A stretch of DNA of 64,000 bases from Vicugna vicugna (GCA_013265495.1 MU061542.1:216972-280971); one strand, 5' to 3'. Shown: positions 1 to 14,438, counted from the stretch's first letter. Notes: a model not told the origin generated them from the letters alone. A program made the numbers and translations.

Positions 1-88
1 CTCTGTGCTGCTGCACGCTCCACCTCAGGTTGGCGCTCTGCAGGGAGGCTCGGGGAAGACCGAGGAATAGCCCTGTCCCTGCTCCGAT
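1..88 (-). mobile_element. Fragment of a young L1 5'UTR that continues off the window edge
   Basis: Its reverse complement matches the 5'UTR of the young L1 at about 42550-42640. For example, gaagaccgaggaatagccctgtccctgctc corresponds to gagcagggccaaggctgtccctcggtcttac. Confidence 0.75.
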
Positions 89-614
89 GCCCCCAGTAAA
101 TTGAAGCTAAATTTATTGGGTTGGGAATGGACCAAACAAAGTGTTGCCAAAATGAATACAAGAGAGTTAAAATCTACAGAAATAGAATACAAATTATCAC
201 ATTACAATTATAAATGTCAGATAAATTTTGAATATGTAATATGTAAAAAATGATTTACACCATAGAAATGATAATTTTGACCAGGAGTATAAATATCTTG
301 CTCAATAATGAATTAAAGTATTATAATCAAGTTTAGCTCACCTTTGAGAACTTTTCTATTTTTATCATGAATATCAAAAACTTTGAGTCATTCACTGTTC
401 CCTGAAATTTCATTTGTACAGCTATGCCATTTCAGAAAGTGTTTGCTTAGTTTTCTCATCCAGTTTTCTTTATTAATTCCTATTACTTCAAGACACAATT
501 AAAACTTCAACTCTGTCATTAATACTTGTCCTCAGAAGTAACAGGTGTAAAAAAGTGAGAGGAATGTGAACATATTGTGTGGAAAATCATCAAAAATAAT
601 GTCACTTGTAATGG

Positions 615-1075
615 CTTCATCTCCCTCATGGCTTTAATAAAATTTATATTTCAATGCCCCCAAATCATTATATTCAGTTGAGTTATCTAAGATGAGTCCC
701 ACTCTTATCAATCCAACCCTTCCTTGATATTCTCAACTATATAACTCCTAGACTCCAAACTCAAGAATTCCAAGAGCAAGTTTATAACTTTATCTCAGCA
801 AATTTTCCTTCTGAAACAATATCTTCTTTTCAAAATATAAAAGAAAACTTTCATTGATCTACTTAAAAATAATTAAAGAACTTATCAATGTTCATAAGAT
901 AAAGAAAAAAAGATCTCTGTTAGTTTTTTGTGTGCTCTGGTTCTTCTTTCACTTACTAATTTTATTTCATGCCATGCTTCCCTTTGTTCATGTTACTGCA
1001 GTCATACTGACCATTTTACTGTTCTTCAAATGCACATGCTTATTTCTAGTTGATGGATGCTGTACAAGATATTCC
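615..1075 (+). mobile_element. Degraded L2 LINE fragments
   Basis: L2-like motifs: ctcatggcttta...cccaaat...ttgatattctcaact...caaactcaag and ctgcagtcatactgaccattttactgttcttcaaatgcac. Confidence 0.55.
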
Positions 1076-2678
1076 CTTTAAGAAAATTTTTCTTGAGGGG
1101 GAGAAGCCAAGATGGCAGAGTAGATGGACACTCTTAGCTTTTCCTCTCCCACAAATACACCAAGGGAGATGCTCACAGAGCCACTCATTCACTCAGAACA
1201 CCTGCTGAACTATGACAGAACATCATCTTTTTCAAAACAAAAAAATTAATCACAAATCTGTTAAGAGGAAAGAAAAAAAGAAAAAGGAAATTAGTGCACA
1301 GCCAGTCCCACAGGGAGTGTGCAGCAAAAAAGGAATAGCACTCTTATGCTGGGACACCCCCTCTCTGATGGAGAGGTCAACAAGGATGAAGGGGGAACTT
1401 CTGAGGCTCAGATTTGTACACACCAGCCCTTGGCCTACAGAACTATGTGAAAAGGGCACAAAGTGTCCCTGTGTTCCTCAGCCCTAGATGCAAGCCAGTG
1501 TGGGTGGGCCAGGACTGGCTGCCCAAGCTCAATGGAGGACTGGGGCTGATAGCACAGAGGCAACTTTAGGGGATTGAAGTATGCTGTGCACCATGGCTGG
1601 GAAAGTATACAGAAAAGAATAGCCTGGGTCCTCTATAAAAAAATAAAGAAGAAGAAAGGAAGAAAGAAAAAAGGAAGCAACAGTTCTAGTGTGCATTGAG
1701 GGGAGGGGTGCAATGAGGCTGGATAATAGCTTTTTTTCTCCACAGACCTGCAGCACCATCTCTGGTGTGTTCTCAGGAGAAGAGAGGTGGGACTTGGCCA
1801 TACCCACCATATACACTAGTGGATGGATCCCATGCAGAGATGGGTTTAAAGCCTGAATCCATATCTGGGACCTCCTCAACTTCATAGGCAGATTTGATAT
1901 TTGTTTATAGCCCCAGGCAGAGGGGACTGTTTTGCTCTGTGGTGCCTTTGTGAAGCTATGCCTCTAAGACAAATGAGCAAGGAGTGGACTTCTGACACAT
2001 AGCAGCAGCAAGGGCTGGTGCAGCCCTGTTCTGTGAGCCCTCCTACTGTGCACATATGTGGTGCTGCAGATGGCACTGACCCGGTGGTGCAACTTACAGC
2101 CTGCTAGAATGAGTCAGTCGAGTTTACATAGCTGTACGAGTGCAAGAACAGCATTTGGTGTTGGGAATGTTGCTGACCTGATAGCTCACCACAATCCAGG
2201 TGTGTAACCTAGAAGTTGGTGGAATTACACTGGTAGCTCTGAGGGCAGAAAACCTGGTGGTCACCAGAGTGGAGCACTGGCATTCCTGTGGCTAAAAGGG
2301 TGCCAAAGGCAGAGTCAAAAAAGAGTACTTAAGGGCTCCAACTCTGCCTACTACACACTGCAGCTCAGAAATGGTTCTGGAAGCCTCCATTTCAACAAAA
2401 TGGGAAGAGACCCAGCCCCTGTCAGGGCTGTGAAAACAATAGAACAAAAAGGAAAGCCCATTCAAAATGCAGGGTATGTTCTGGTCACCACAATACTGGC
2501 CACACCCTCAATCAACACAAAGAAGAAAGATGTGGTAACCATTCATATTAAAAACAGACACCACAAATAAATCATTATGGGCTCACAATCTAAAAAGGAA
2601 CACATCCTCTTTTTAAAAAAAAATCCCTTTAAGACCACAGTAGATAATGAATACTCTATAATCCATAGTGCAGGAGAG

Positions 2679-3558
2679 ATATAAGTAAAATAAAGAAGCA
2701 AAGGAATGACTCCCATTAAAAGGACAAAAGAAATCTGAAAGAACAATGAAATAGACCTCAATAGTCTACTAGATCATGAATTTGAAAAGGGAGTGATCAA
2801 AGCACTGAAGGACCTAAAAGAAATTTTGTACAGATACAGAATATACTATAAGAAGGAAATTTAATCTACAAAGAGGGGCTAACTAAAAACAAAAAACTCA
2901 ATGGTTGAGATAAGAACTGAGCTAAAGACAGTCAAGAGCAAATTAGACAACGCACAGGAACAAATAAGGGACTTAGATGATAGGAAAACAGAAGTCACCC
3001 AATCAAAACAGCACACAGAAAAGCAAAGAAAAAAAAATGAAAGCAATATAAGGGACTTATGGGATAATTTAAAATATGCCAACTTATGAATAATAGGGGT
3101 CCAAGAAGAAGAAAAAAGAGCAAAGGGGATTTAAAAGGTTTTTGGAGAAATCATGACTGAAAAATTCCTAAACCAAAATTAAGAATCAGATATCCAAATA
3201 CAAGAACCACAGAGACCCCAACAAAAGGAATCTAAATAAAACTACACCAAGACATATAATTAAGATGGCCAAGATTATAGATAAAGAAATTATTCTAAGG
3301 GCAGCAAGAGAAAAAACAAAGATTTAATTAGTTACAAGGGAACCCCTATAAGGCTTTTTCTGATTTCTCTACACAAACACTGAATGGCAAAAAGGAGTGT
3401 CAATACATTCAAAGTTCTGATTGAGAAAAAGATGCAATCTGGATATTCTATCCAGCAAGGCTACCTTTAGAATAGAAGAAGAGATAAAAAATTTTACAGG
3501 CCAGCAAAAATGAAAAGAATTCAGCAATACTAAATATTGAAAGTTCTATTCTAAATAG
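2679..3558 (+). pseudogene. L1 ORF1p remnant of element A (stops and frameshifts)
   Basis: ORF track 2901-3089 gives a coiled-coil segment ending NIRDLWDNLKYANL, typical of L1 ORF1p. Confidence 0.88.
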
Positions 3559-3947
3559 AAAAGAAGCAGGAAGCTATAGAAAGGAGAAAATCATAATTGG
3601 AAAGGTGATATATACCATGAGTTGCAATAGAATAAACATGAAGATGTAAAAGAGGACATCAAAATCATTAAAGATGGGTGAAGGAGAAAGAAATTATAGA
3701 GTTTTTTTTTTTTGCTCTTCTTGGATGTGTTTGAGGTTATATGACTATCAGTTTAAAACAAACAGATATAGTAATGGGTTAAGACACTTGAAAAACAAGG
3801 TAAGGATAAGTCAAAGGCATAAAACAGAGTCATGAAAACCAAAAAGAAACCAAGATGATACAAAGAAAATTATCAAACCACAAAAATAAAAATAAAAATA
3901 ATGGAACAATGGGGAAATATTAAAGCAAATGGTAAACTAAGTTCAAA

Positions 3948-6900
3948 ATGGCAATGAACACATATCTATCAATGATTACCATAAATATCAATGGACTAAA
4001 TGCTCCAATCAAGAGACACAGAGTGGCAGATAAGATATTAGAACAAGAGCCTACAATATGCTGCATATAAAAGACCAACTTTAATGTGAAGGACACACAA
4101 GGACTGAAACTGAGAAGATGGAAAAAGATATTTCAGTCAAGTGGAAATGACAAGAAAGCAGGAGTAGCAATACTGACTTCAGACAAAAGAGACTGAAAGA
4201 AAGGTTATAAAGAAAGTTAAAGAAGCATACAATATAAAGATTAAAGGAGCAATACAAGATCAAGATATTACACTTGTTAATATACATGCACCCAACATAA
4301 GAGCACCTAAATACATAAAGCAAATATTATGAGACATTAAGGGAGAAATTGATGGGAACACAATCATAACAGGAGACTTTAACTCCCCATTAACATCACT
4401 AGATAGATCTTACAGACAGCAAATCAATACAGCAACAGATGTACTAAATGACATAATAGAAGAGTTGGACTCAGTTGATAATTTTAGGACATTACATACA
4501 CCCAAAACAGAATATACATTCTTTTGAATTGTGCACGGTTTATTCCCCAAGATAGATCATGTATGAAGGCACAAAAGAAGCCTAAAATGTAAGAGGATAG
4601 TAATTATTTCAAGCATCTTTTCTGACCACAATGTCATGAAACTAGAAATCAAACACAGAAAAACAAAGAAGGAAAAAAAAAGCATGGGATATTAAACAAC
4701 ATTCTCAAAAAAAAAAAAGAAAAAGAAAAACAATCGGTCAATGATGAAATCAAGGGAGGAATTTATGGTGAAATCAAGGAAGAAATGTAAAAATACTGTG
4801 AGACAAATGACAATGAATAAACAACCACACAAAAATTATGGGTTGCAGCAAAAGCAGTCCTAAGATGGCAGTTCTTTATGATATAGGCCTTCCTCAAAAA
4901 GAAGGACAACCTCAAGTGAACAAACTAACCTGTTACTCAAAAAAATTAGAAAAAGACTAGCAAATAAAACATAAAGTCAGTAGATGGAAGGAAATAATAA
5001 TGATCAGTGTGGAAATAAATAAAATACAGACAAAAATTGAAAAAAATTCAATCAAACCAAGAGCTAGATTTTTGGAAGTGTAAACAAGATTGTCAAAAAC
5101 CTCTGGCCAGACTCACCAAGAAGAAGAGTCAGAATATAAATAAACAAAAGAAAAATGGAAAAGTTACAACTAATATTACAGAAATACAGGAAAACATTAA
5201 ATAATGCTATGAACAACTATATGACAACAAAGTGGACAACCTAGAAGAAATGGAGAAGTTCCTGGAAACACGCAGTCCACCAATACTGAATCAAGAAGAA
5301 ACAGACTATTTGAACAGACTTATCTCTAGAAATGAAATAGAATCTGCAATTAGAAAATGTCCCTAGAAATAAAAGTCCAAAACCAGATGGCTTCACTAGC
5401 AAATTCTAACAAACATACAAAGATGAATTCATACTGTTTCTTCTCAAAGTCTTGCAGAGGACTTAAAATGAAGGACTATTCCCAATTTCATTTTATGAAG
5501 TCACTATCACAGATACGAAAACCAGACTATGACACTACAAAAAAATTACAAGCCATCTATCATGAACATAGATGCAACTATCTTCAACAAAATATTAGTA
5601 AACAGAATCTAACAGCAAATAGAAAAATCATATACCATAATCAAGTTAGATTCATCCCAGGGACACAAGGATGTTTCAACATATGCAAATCAATCAATGG
5701 GATACACTACATAAATGAAAGAAAGGACAAAAATAGCATGATCATCTCAATAGATGCAGAAAAAGCATTTGATAAAATTCAACACCCATTTATGACAAAA
5801 ACTTTTACCAAAAAGGGTATAGCGGGAACATATCTCAACGTAATAAAAGCTAGCTGTGACAAACCCACAGACAGCATAATCATCAACAATGAAAAGCTGA
5901 AAGTATTCCCACTAAAATCTGGAACAAAACAAGGATGTCCACTCTCACCACTTCTATTCAACATAGTCTTGGAATTCCTAGCTGTCAAGCAAGAAAAAGA
6001 AATAACATGGATCCAAATTGGAAGAGAAGAGGTATAATTGTCACTATGTGCAGATAATATGATAATATCTATGGAAAACCCTAAAATCTCCTCCGCCCAA
6101 AAAAACTGCTAGAACTAGTAAAAGAATTCTTTAAGGTAGCAGAATACAAAATTAACATTCAGTTAATCTCTTTACACTAGTACAAAAATCAATTGCATTT
6201 CTTTACACTAACAATTAATTTGCAGGAAAAGAAAGTAAAAAACAATCCCTCTTATAATCACATCCAAAGAATAAAATACTTAGGAATAAATCTGACCAAG
6301 GAGTGGAAGGATTTATACATGCAGAGCTACAAAATATTGACTAAGGGAATTAAAAATGACATAAAGAAATAGAAAGGTATCCCATGCTCTTAGATTAGAA
6401 ATATCAATATTATTAAAATGGCCATACTCCTTAAGGCAATACAGATGTAATGCAATCCCTATCAAATTACCCAGGACATTTTTCACAGAACTAGGACAAA
6501 TAATCTTAAAATTTATATGAAATCACAAAAGACCAAGAATTGCCAAAGCAATACTGAGGAAAATGAATGAAACCGGAGAAACAATCCTTCCAGACTTCAG
6601 GCAATACTACAGAACTACAGTAATAAAAACAGCATGGTATTAGTATAAAAACAGACATGTGGATCAATGGAACAGAATAGAGAGCCCAGAAATAAACCCA
6701 CATACCTACAGTCAATTAATTTTCAAAAAAGGAGGCAAGAATATACAATGCAGAAAAGACAGTCGCTTCAGCAAGTTGTGTTGGAAAAACTGAACAGCAA
6801 CATGTAAACCAAAGAAATTAGAATACTCACTCACACCATATATAAATTCAAAATGGCTTACAGACTTAAATATAAAATAAAACACAATAAATATCCTAGA

Positions 6901-7768
6901 AGAAAACATAGGCAAAACATTCTCTGACATAAATTTTAGCAATGTTCTCCTAGAGCAGTCTACCCACAGTATAGAAATAAAAGCAAAAATAAAGAAATGG
7001 GATATAATTAAACTTATAAGCTTTTCCACAGTAAAGGAAACTATAAGCAAAATAAAATGACAACCTACAGAATGAGAGAAAATATTTGCCAAAATGAGAT
7101 TGACAAAGGCTTAATTTCCAGAGTATATAAACAGCTCATACAACTTAATAACAAAAACAACAACAAAATAACCCAATCCAAAAATGAGCAGAAGACCTAA
7201 GCAAGCAGTTCTCCAATGAAGACATACAAATAGCCAATAGGCACATGAAAAAATTCTCAGTATCACTAATTATCCGAGAAATGCAAATCAAAAGTATAAT
7301 GGGTATCACCTCACATCAGTTAGAATGGCTGTCATTAAAATGATAAATGCTAGAGAGACTATGGAGAAAAGGGAACTCTCCTACACTGCTGGTGAGAATG
7401 TAGTTTGGTGCAGCCATTATGGAAAACAGTATGGAGATTTATCAAAAAACTAAAAATAGACTTATCATATTATGCAGCAATCCCACTCCTGGGTATATAT
7501 CTAGGGGGAACTCTAATTTGATATATGTACCCCAATGTTCATAGAAGCGTTATACAATAACCAAGTCATAGAAGAAACCTAAATGTCCACCGACAGATGA
7601 GTAGATAAAGAAGAGTGGTATATTTTTGCAATGGAATACTACTCAGTCATAAGAAAGAATAAAATAATGCCACTTGCAGAAACATGGATGGACCTAAACA
7701 TCATAATTCTAAGTAAAACAGTGAAGAGAAAGAAAAATGTCATATGATATTACTCATGTGGAATCTAA
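3948..7768 (+). pseudogene. L1 ORF2p (endonuclease/reverse transcriptase) remnant of element A
   Basis: Begins ATGGCAATGAACACATATCTATCAATG...AATGGACTAAATGCTCCAATCAAGAGACAC (endonuclease N-terminus). ORF 5357-6037 contains the RT motifs [17 protein letters not shown] and [19 protein letters not shown] has decayed to tgtgcagataat, and there are many stops. Confidence 0.92.
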
Positions 7769-8179
7769 AAAGAAAAAAAAAGGACAATGAACTCATCTAC
7801 CAATCAGAAATAGACTTACAGACATAATAAACAAACTTATGTTACTGGGGAAATGGGGTGAGTAAAGATAAATTTGGGAGTTTGAGATTTGCAAATGTTA
7901 CCCACTATATATAAAAATAGATTAAATTAAGTTTCTTCTGTATGGCACAGGGAACTATATTCAATATCTTTTAATAGCCTTTAATGAAAAGGAATATGAA
8001 AATGAATATATGTATGTATAGCATGACTGAAGCATTGTGCTGTACACTATAAATTGATACATTATAACTGATTGTACCTCAGAAAAATAAATAAATAAAT
8101 AAATATTCTTGTTTTAGTAGAACTTGCTCTTTGGCATAAGGTAAATAAATATGAATCATAGATAACAAAACAAAGCAAC

Positions 8180-8410
8180 ATAACATGAAAACTTTAGAAT
8201 GAAATATTGTGAACTTGAAAGGAAGACAATTAAAACTATCTAAGCCATAGCTCCATATCTCAGAGGGATTAAAAATTAAAAAAAACAAACAAACAGAATT
8301 TCAATAACCTGTGTGACAATATCAAGTTGTCTATAATATGCCTAATTGGAGTCCAAGGGGAGGGAGGAGAAAATATTTGAATAAAAATTCACAAAATGTT
8401 TACAAATGTG
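8180..8410 (+). mobile_element. Ancient L1M ORF1 fragment
   Basis: acctgtgtgacaatatcaag...aattggagtccaaggggag...aaatatttgaataaaa resembles the LWDNIK...IGVPEGE...IFEEI region of ORF1. Confidence 0.6.
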
Positions 8411-9000
8411 AAAGTCTACTAGTAAAATCACTTCAGGATTTATTAGGTCAATGACTCAACAGTGTCATTAAGGAATGAGAATTTTGATATTTTTTCATGC
8501 TCTTAAAGTGTTCAGTTCAGACTAGTTATCTTCATAGTCAAAAATGCCTTAGCTCTAAGGAAGTACTAAATGTAGATATCTTGGCTTTAATGAAGTATTA
8601 AAAGCAGATTTGAAAATTTACAACAGAAATATAGAAATATTTCTTACTTCATTTTAAGATTTAAGAAGAGACAGAGAGCCAAAGCAGGTCAGAAAAATTC
8701 CTTTTATATCTTTTTTGCCTTTCATGTCTCTTTTGTCAAAGCAAAAGCATATGCATACTTATACCTCAGTCTTTCAATATAATAGGACTACATTGTGTGT
8801 TTTCTGAGACCTGTAGTGGAGGATGAAGCCTTGTCACCATAAAAAGGAAAACAATGGCTATTGAACATGGAAATCTTAGTGTCTGTCATGTTGTTTCCTT
8901 TCCCTTTAGTTCATCTATCAATTTATACAGAGCATACCTTCAATGTGTGTCTGTAGGTTTGTTTCTCCTTCTATTTTTATGTTTTTCCTTGACCTTTCAG

Positions 9001-9066
9001 GTTGTTTTTTTCCTATCCCACTCTCCACTACATCCTGATTTCTTTTTGCCAAGAAGAAGACTTCAG
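9001..9066 (+). other. Candidate internal exon of an unidentified host gene
   Basis: Acceptor ttttccttgacctttcag, then 66 nt open in two frames, then donor CAG|gtatgt. It contains the ESE-like GAAGAAGAC and lies in non-repetitive sequence. Confidence 0.4.
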
Positions 9067-9399
9067 GTATGTTAAGTATGCTACTGGAGGTTATTTTCAT
9101 CATTCATATTCTTAATATAAATAAAACCATTCACTTTTTAATATTGACTACCTCTCTTAGCATCACTTCATTTATTTTAAATTCTAAGACATGTTCCACA
9201 GTGCTCAGTGGAAGTCTAGGGGAAGCAAAGGAGAAAAAAAAATTATGTGTCAGACTGAGAGGAAAAAAATAAATGTATAAATGAATTCTTACACTTGGGA
9301 TGACAGGCAATATGGTATATTGTGGATATTAAAAACAATTATATTTCAAGATGTCAAGGATTATAAGAATAATACAATATGGAAGAACTTTAAAGATCA

Positions 9400-9700
9400 T
9401 TCCTGGAAGACAAATTCAAGATTACACTGAGGGAGTAAAATTTCAGCTTATTCTTTGAAAATGAGAATTTATTAAGGTAAGAGAGATGTAAAGCCATTCT
9501 ATACTAAGAGAAAAGTTGTAAATTCAAATACATTGGAAAGATTTCCACTAATATTGAAATGATGACATTATAAGTAAGGCATACCATGTTTCAAGAAGTG
9601 ATGATAAAACTAGAGAGGCAGAGTAAATAATAATTATAAACTTATGCTTCCAAGTATTCTCAAGATATTTAAATTTCTGTTAGAAATATAAGATCCCATT
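9400..9700 (-). mobile_element. Probable, highly degraded L2 fragment
   Basis: Weak similarity to antisense L2 (aaactagagaggcagag...agatatttaaatttctgttagaaatataagatcccatt). Confidence 0.35.
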
Positions 9701-10221
9701 TAATATTGCTATTTATGATCTATTAATACTATTATTTCCTACCTATAAATGCCATGATGTTTAGCATAATGTGTTTCTTGGACTTTCTAGATTTGTAAAA
9801 AAAATTTTAAAATAAAGGACTATATATCTCTCATATGGCTGAGTTATTGTAAGTAAGATTTAGTAGTGTACATAGATTTCTTGCAATGTTTTGCATCTAT
9901 TAGCAGAGGTATGGTTTAGTTGTAAAGGTCATTTTTACTAGATAGCAATGGCTAGTTGTACACTAGGCTAATATATTCAGAAGTGAGTCTGATGCCATTT
10001 TATATGCATTACATGCTGTAGAAAGAAGCTGCACTTTGGTAAAAATGATTGGAGAAGACCTTTAGAAAATGTGAACTTTAACTTGATTTGACATATAGCA
10101 GTGTTCTAATCTTTGGTAGGACTTGCAAAAATTAATTTACTATGTGCATTTAAAATAAGAATGCTTGTGGATAGAATCCCAGATACAGGGTAGGGGGAGT
10201 TTGCATACATTTCCTCATGTG

Positions 10222-10248
10222 CACACACACACACACACACACACACAC
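10222..10248. repeat. (CA)n microsatellite
   Basis: Seen directly. Confidence 0.95.
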
Positions 10249-11210
10249 TTAAGAAATTGAATATTGAATTTGGGCATTTAAAATTCAAACATCTCACCCA
10301 GGCCAACTCTTACTTTTATTACACAATATCACTATGGGATATCAGTTCCACCTAGCTTAGGTTCTTAACTTGCTGGGAATATAATAATCTCTGGAAATTT
10401 TCTTCTTTTGCTCAGTAAAGCTTAAAGGTTTTCTTTAGTTTTACAAAAACAAAAACTCTAGAAAATAATGTGTAAAAAATTATGATATACACTAAATGGT
10501 GTACAAAATAAGAAATAGACAAGTACACATACGTTACAAAACAAAACTATTAAAGATGTTTTTCATCTCAAATGCTTTTTTTAGCAAGCTATTTTATTTT
10601 GCTTTTTCAATATTTTCATATATTATTAAAAGTATTTTACACTTGTATATTATGTCAAGCACAAAGATTTATTTTTATGATGTTTTATCGAAACAAAACC
10701 CCATAATTTTTAAATACTTTGAAATGAAGGCTGTCCATGTTAATAATGGTCCATATGTATTTCCCATGAGGATTTGAACAGATTATCTATACATGTCATC
10801 CAAACTAAATTATGACATATGTATTTTGCTAAAAATCTATTTTTAAATTAATTTGGCTTAGACAAAAATCTGTACTCTTTGTTTTAATTTAAGGTGGACT
10901 TAATGATTATCAAACTGAGCTTTCTTTTAAAGATTAAATTTATCTAATTGATGGAAGTGCTGCTTTGTATGGTCATCACACTATGATTCAATTTACTAGT
11001 GAAGGCAGGATGCCATTATATAGAATTTTTCAGTGGACTTGAAGACTTATTCCCAGTTAATGTCTATTTTTATACCTGAGTGAGATCAGAGAAAGGAATC
11101 CATGCTTAAAATAACAAAAAGAAAATAAAGCAAAAATAATAAAATTATATGTATTAGCTCTATTTTTCAAATGCATTGATTTTTGAAAAAAAATATTAAC
11201 CAAGTTATTA

Positions 11211-14200
11211 AAGAGAAGATCAAGATGGTGGAGTAGAAGGATGTGGATTTTATCTTTCCCCATAAACACATCAAAAACACATCTACATGTGGAGAAATTT
11301 TCACTGAAAACAAACAGGAAACTGACAGAAATTCTCTTAAACTATTAAAATTATAAGAAAGATCCACATGGAGCTGGGTATAAAGGGAACAGAAGTAATT
11401 AGGTCTGGGCCTACTCTAGGAGGAAACACAGAAGAGAAGGGGATTGCATTGTCCCAGAGATCCTCTTTGAGGAGTGAACACTTCAAACCACGTGTTGGAC
11501 ACCCCAGGCCTGAGATCTGGAAACTGAAAATTGATTTTCTTTAGTGTTTTAAAACCTGTGGCACTGACAGTGGGTTTATAAGAAACCTAGACTTCACTCA
11601 TGAAGAGTGTGCACAAGCTTCCTTAATCCCACAACAAAGCAGAAAAAGTATATTAAAACTGCCCAGGACTCTAGTTGTTTTCCCACAACAGCCTAGCATG
11701 CACCCCAGCAGAAGCCAAGCACCCATTCCAGTCCCTCTTGTTCCGCCGTGCAACTCTACTAAAGGTAAAGACTGCCATGACCAAAAACATTGCAATTGTG
11801 GGGGAAGGAGCTGGTTCAGACTGAGCACAGCATCTGAACAGGGTAAGGACATCAATTACTGGCATTCATGGAGGTGGAAGGTGAGGAGTGTTATGGAGCT
11901 CTGTTGCCAGGGCCTCTCCAGAGTGCACCCTGAATCCTCTTGCTCTGTGGAAAGCTTCTTGCTAGAGAAAAGGCTACTTGTCCTAGGGAGAGTGCACAAA
12001 GAGCCCTGGGCCATGTCAGATGCTGGCTCTGGCACCTCTTATTGCAACATGCCTCCTTTTTGTTGCCAATGTTAGGAGGAGGGAGTGCACACACTAAGAG
12101 GAAACAGAACCTGTTTAGACCAGAACCTAGGGTTTATGCTGTAAGAACTTGGGACATACCCCAGCACTCAATAAGCTGGTATTGGTCACTGAGAAGAGAA
12201 GTCCTGGATCATCCTTTGTTCTGGCTCTAGCCTTTCCAACTCCAGCTCCACTTTCTACCAAGGCAATATCTGCCAACACACCCTGTAGGAAGATGTGATT
12301 TATGCTCACTTCAGATCCATCTCTCCCAATAAAGCTACTTGGCACACTCAGACAGTATAAGGATGCTTCCAAAGACACCCCTTCAATATAAGTACAGATA
12401 ACTTTTCATCTAATTTGATAGAGACAGGGAAAGTTAACCAAAATGAGAAGACAGAGGCATTTGTTTCAAATGAAAGAACAAAAAATCATAATGAAAAAAA
12501 CAACTAATAAAAAAAGATGGATAATTTACCACATAAAGAGTTCAAAGCCTTAGGAATAAAATGCTAATTAAAGTAAGGAAAAGAATAGATGAACACAATG
12601 AGAATTTTAAAAAGGAACTAGAAAATATTTTTAGAAACAATCAGTCAGAAATGAAGAATACAATAACTAAAATGAAAAACACACTAGAAGGAATTAATAG
12701 CACACTATGTAATACAGAAGAATACACAAGTAATCTAAAAGCTAGACTAATGGAAATCACCCAATCAGAACAGCGAAAAGGAAAACAAATTAAAAAGTGG
12801 AAACAGTCTAAGGGACCTCTGGGACAACATCAAGCATACAGATATTTAAATTTAAATGTCCCAGAAGAAGAGAGAGAGAAAGGGATCAAATATGTATTTA
12901 ATTAAATTATTGCTGAAAACTTCCCAAATCTGAAAAAGAGAGAGACAACCAGGCACAGGAAATGGAGAGAGTACCAAACAAGATGAACCCAAAGAGACTC
13001 ACACTAATTTATATTATAATTAAAAAGGCAAAACATAAGAAAAGAGAGAATTCTAAAGGCATTAAAATAAAACAAAAAGTTATATACAAGGGAATCCCAA
13101 TAAGGCTATCAGCTGATTTTTCTGCAGAAACATTGCAGGACGTAAGAGAGTGGCATGATATATTTAAAGGGCTGAAATGGAAAAATCTACAACCTAGAAT
13201 ACTCTATCCAGGAAAATTGTCATTCAAAATTAAAGGAGAGGTGAAAAATTTCTTAGATAAGCAAAATCTAAAGGATATCATCAATACTAAACAAACCCTA
13301 AAATATATGTTAAAGGGTATAGTCTATATGGAAAAGAGTAAGCCACAAGAAGTAAGAATATACAGGAAAGGAAAAATCCCACCGGTCAAGACAAATGTAT
13401 AGTAACAGCTATGGATCGACCATTTGTTAAGCTAGTATATAGACTGTAAATTTAACTATAACTAAAATAAACAGTTAAGGGATAAATATGAAGATATGAA
13501 ATATATCAAAGCTACAAAATGTGGAGTAGGGGAGTAAAATTGTAGCTATTTTAGAATGTGATTGAATATAAATAACTACCAATTTATATCAAATGCACAT
13601 AGTTATAGATCAACATGCATGAAACTCTGGTAACCAAAAATCCAAACCTTAAGAAGGATTCACAAAATTTAGAGAGAAATGAACATAAATATACCAATAA
13701 AGAATATTATCAACCAAGAGGGAAGAAAATAAAAGGAAAAAAGAACAGAGAAAAGCTATAAAAACAACCAGAAAACAAGTAACAAAAAGGTAATTGCTAC
13801 AAACCTATCAATAATCACATTAATAGTCAACAGACTGAATTCTACAATCAAAAGACATAGGGTGATTGCTTGGATAAAACAGTAAGATTTGTCTGTATGC
13901 TGCTTACTAGAGACTCCAGAGCTAAAGACACAGAATAAAAGTGAGGGGAGGGAAAAAGATATTTTATACAAATGGAAATAAGAAAGATGGAGTAGCAATA
14001 TTCATATCAAACAAAACCTGTAACAAAAGACAAAAAAGGACATTATATAATGACAAAGGGATCAGTAAAAGAGGATATATCATTTGTTAACAAACATTCA
14101 CCTATCATAGGAGCATCTAAACATATAAAACAAATATTAACAGATAAAAAGTGAGAAATTGACAATAATACAATATAAATTAATAAATAAATATAAATAA

Positions 14201-14438
14201 AATAGTGTTAACTCCACATATGATCCAGCAATTCCATTTCTGGATATATATCTGAAAAAAACAAAAACACTACTTTAAGAAGATACCCCAACATTCATAG
14301 CAGCATTATTTATAATAGCCAACCCATAGAAGCAACTTAAGAGTTCATCAAATGATGAATGGATAAGGAAGATATGGTACATTTATACAAAAGTATATCA
14401 GCCATAAAAATAACAAACTTTTACTGCTTGCAACAAAT
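11211..14438 (+). mobile_element. Older L1 with an intact 5' end, ORF1, the start of ORF2 and, after a large internal deletion, a short ORF2 3' piece
   Basis: The 5' end is aagagaagatCAAGATGGTGGAGTAGAAGG. ORF1 remnants appear in ORF tracks 12561-12905 and 12962-13402 (PIRLSADFSAETLQ...WHDIFK...QPRILYP). The endonuclease region spans about 13790-14175. The sequence then jumps to catatgatccagcaattcca (about 14217), the C-terminal region of ORF2. Confidence 0.88.

Larger units (their letters stand above)
1096..8100 (+). mobile_element. Full-length, inactivated LINE-1 (element A)
   Basis: The 5' end reads ggggGAGAAGCCAAGATGGCAGAGTAG. It is followed by about 1.6 kb of 5'UTR, ORF1 and ORF2 remnants, a 3'UTR and an A-rich tail (aaaaataaataaataaat). 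Degenerate TSD: aaatttttcttg (1084-1095) and aaatattcttg (8101-8111). Confidence 0.93.

Noticed and set aside
342..401. Minus-strand 60-nt exon-like segment (GTVNDSKFLIFMIKIEKFSK) with donor AAG|gtgagc
   Set aside because: The acceptor lacks a polypyrimidine tract, and I do not recognise the peptide.
5357..6037. 226-aa ORF with RT motifs as a functional or novel reverse transcriptase gene (likewise 37828-38217 and 46460-47134)
   Set aside because: These are frameshift-bounded pieces of L1 ORF2 inside recognisable L1 elements. There is no retron, DGR or other RT-system context.
10120..10189. Second plus-strand exon candidate (ctttggtag|...|gtaggg)
   Set aside because: The donor is weak, and its only open frame is not compatible with the open phases of the 9001-9066 candidate.
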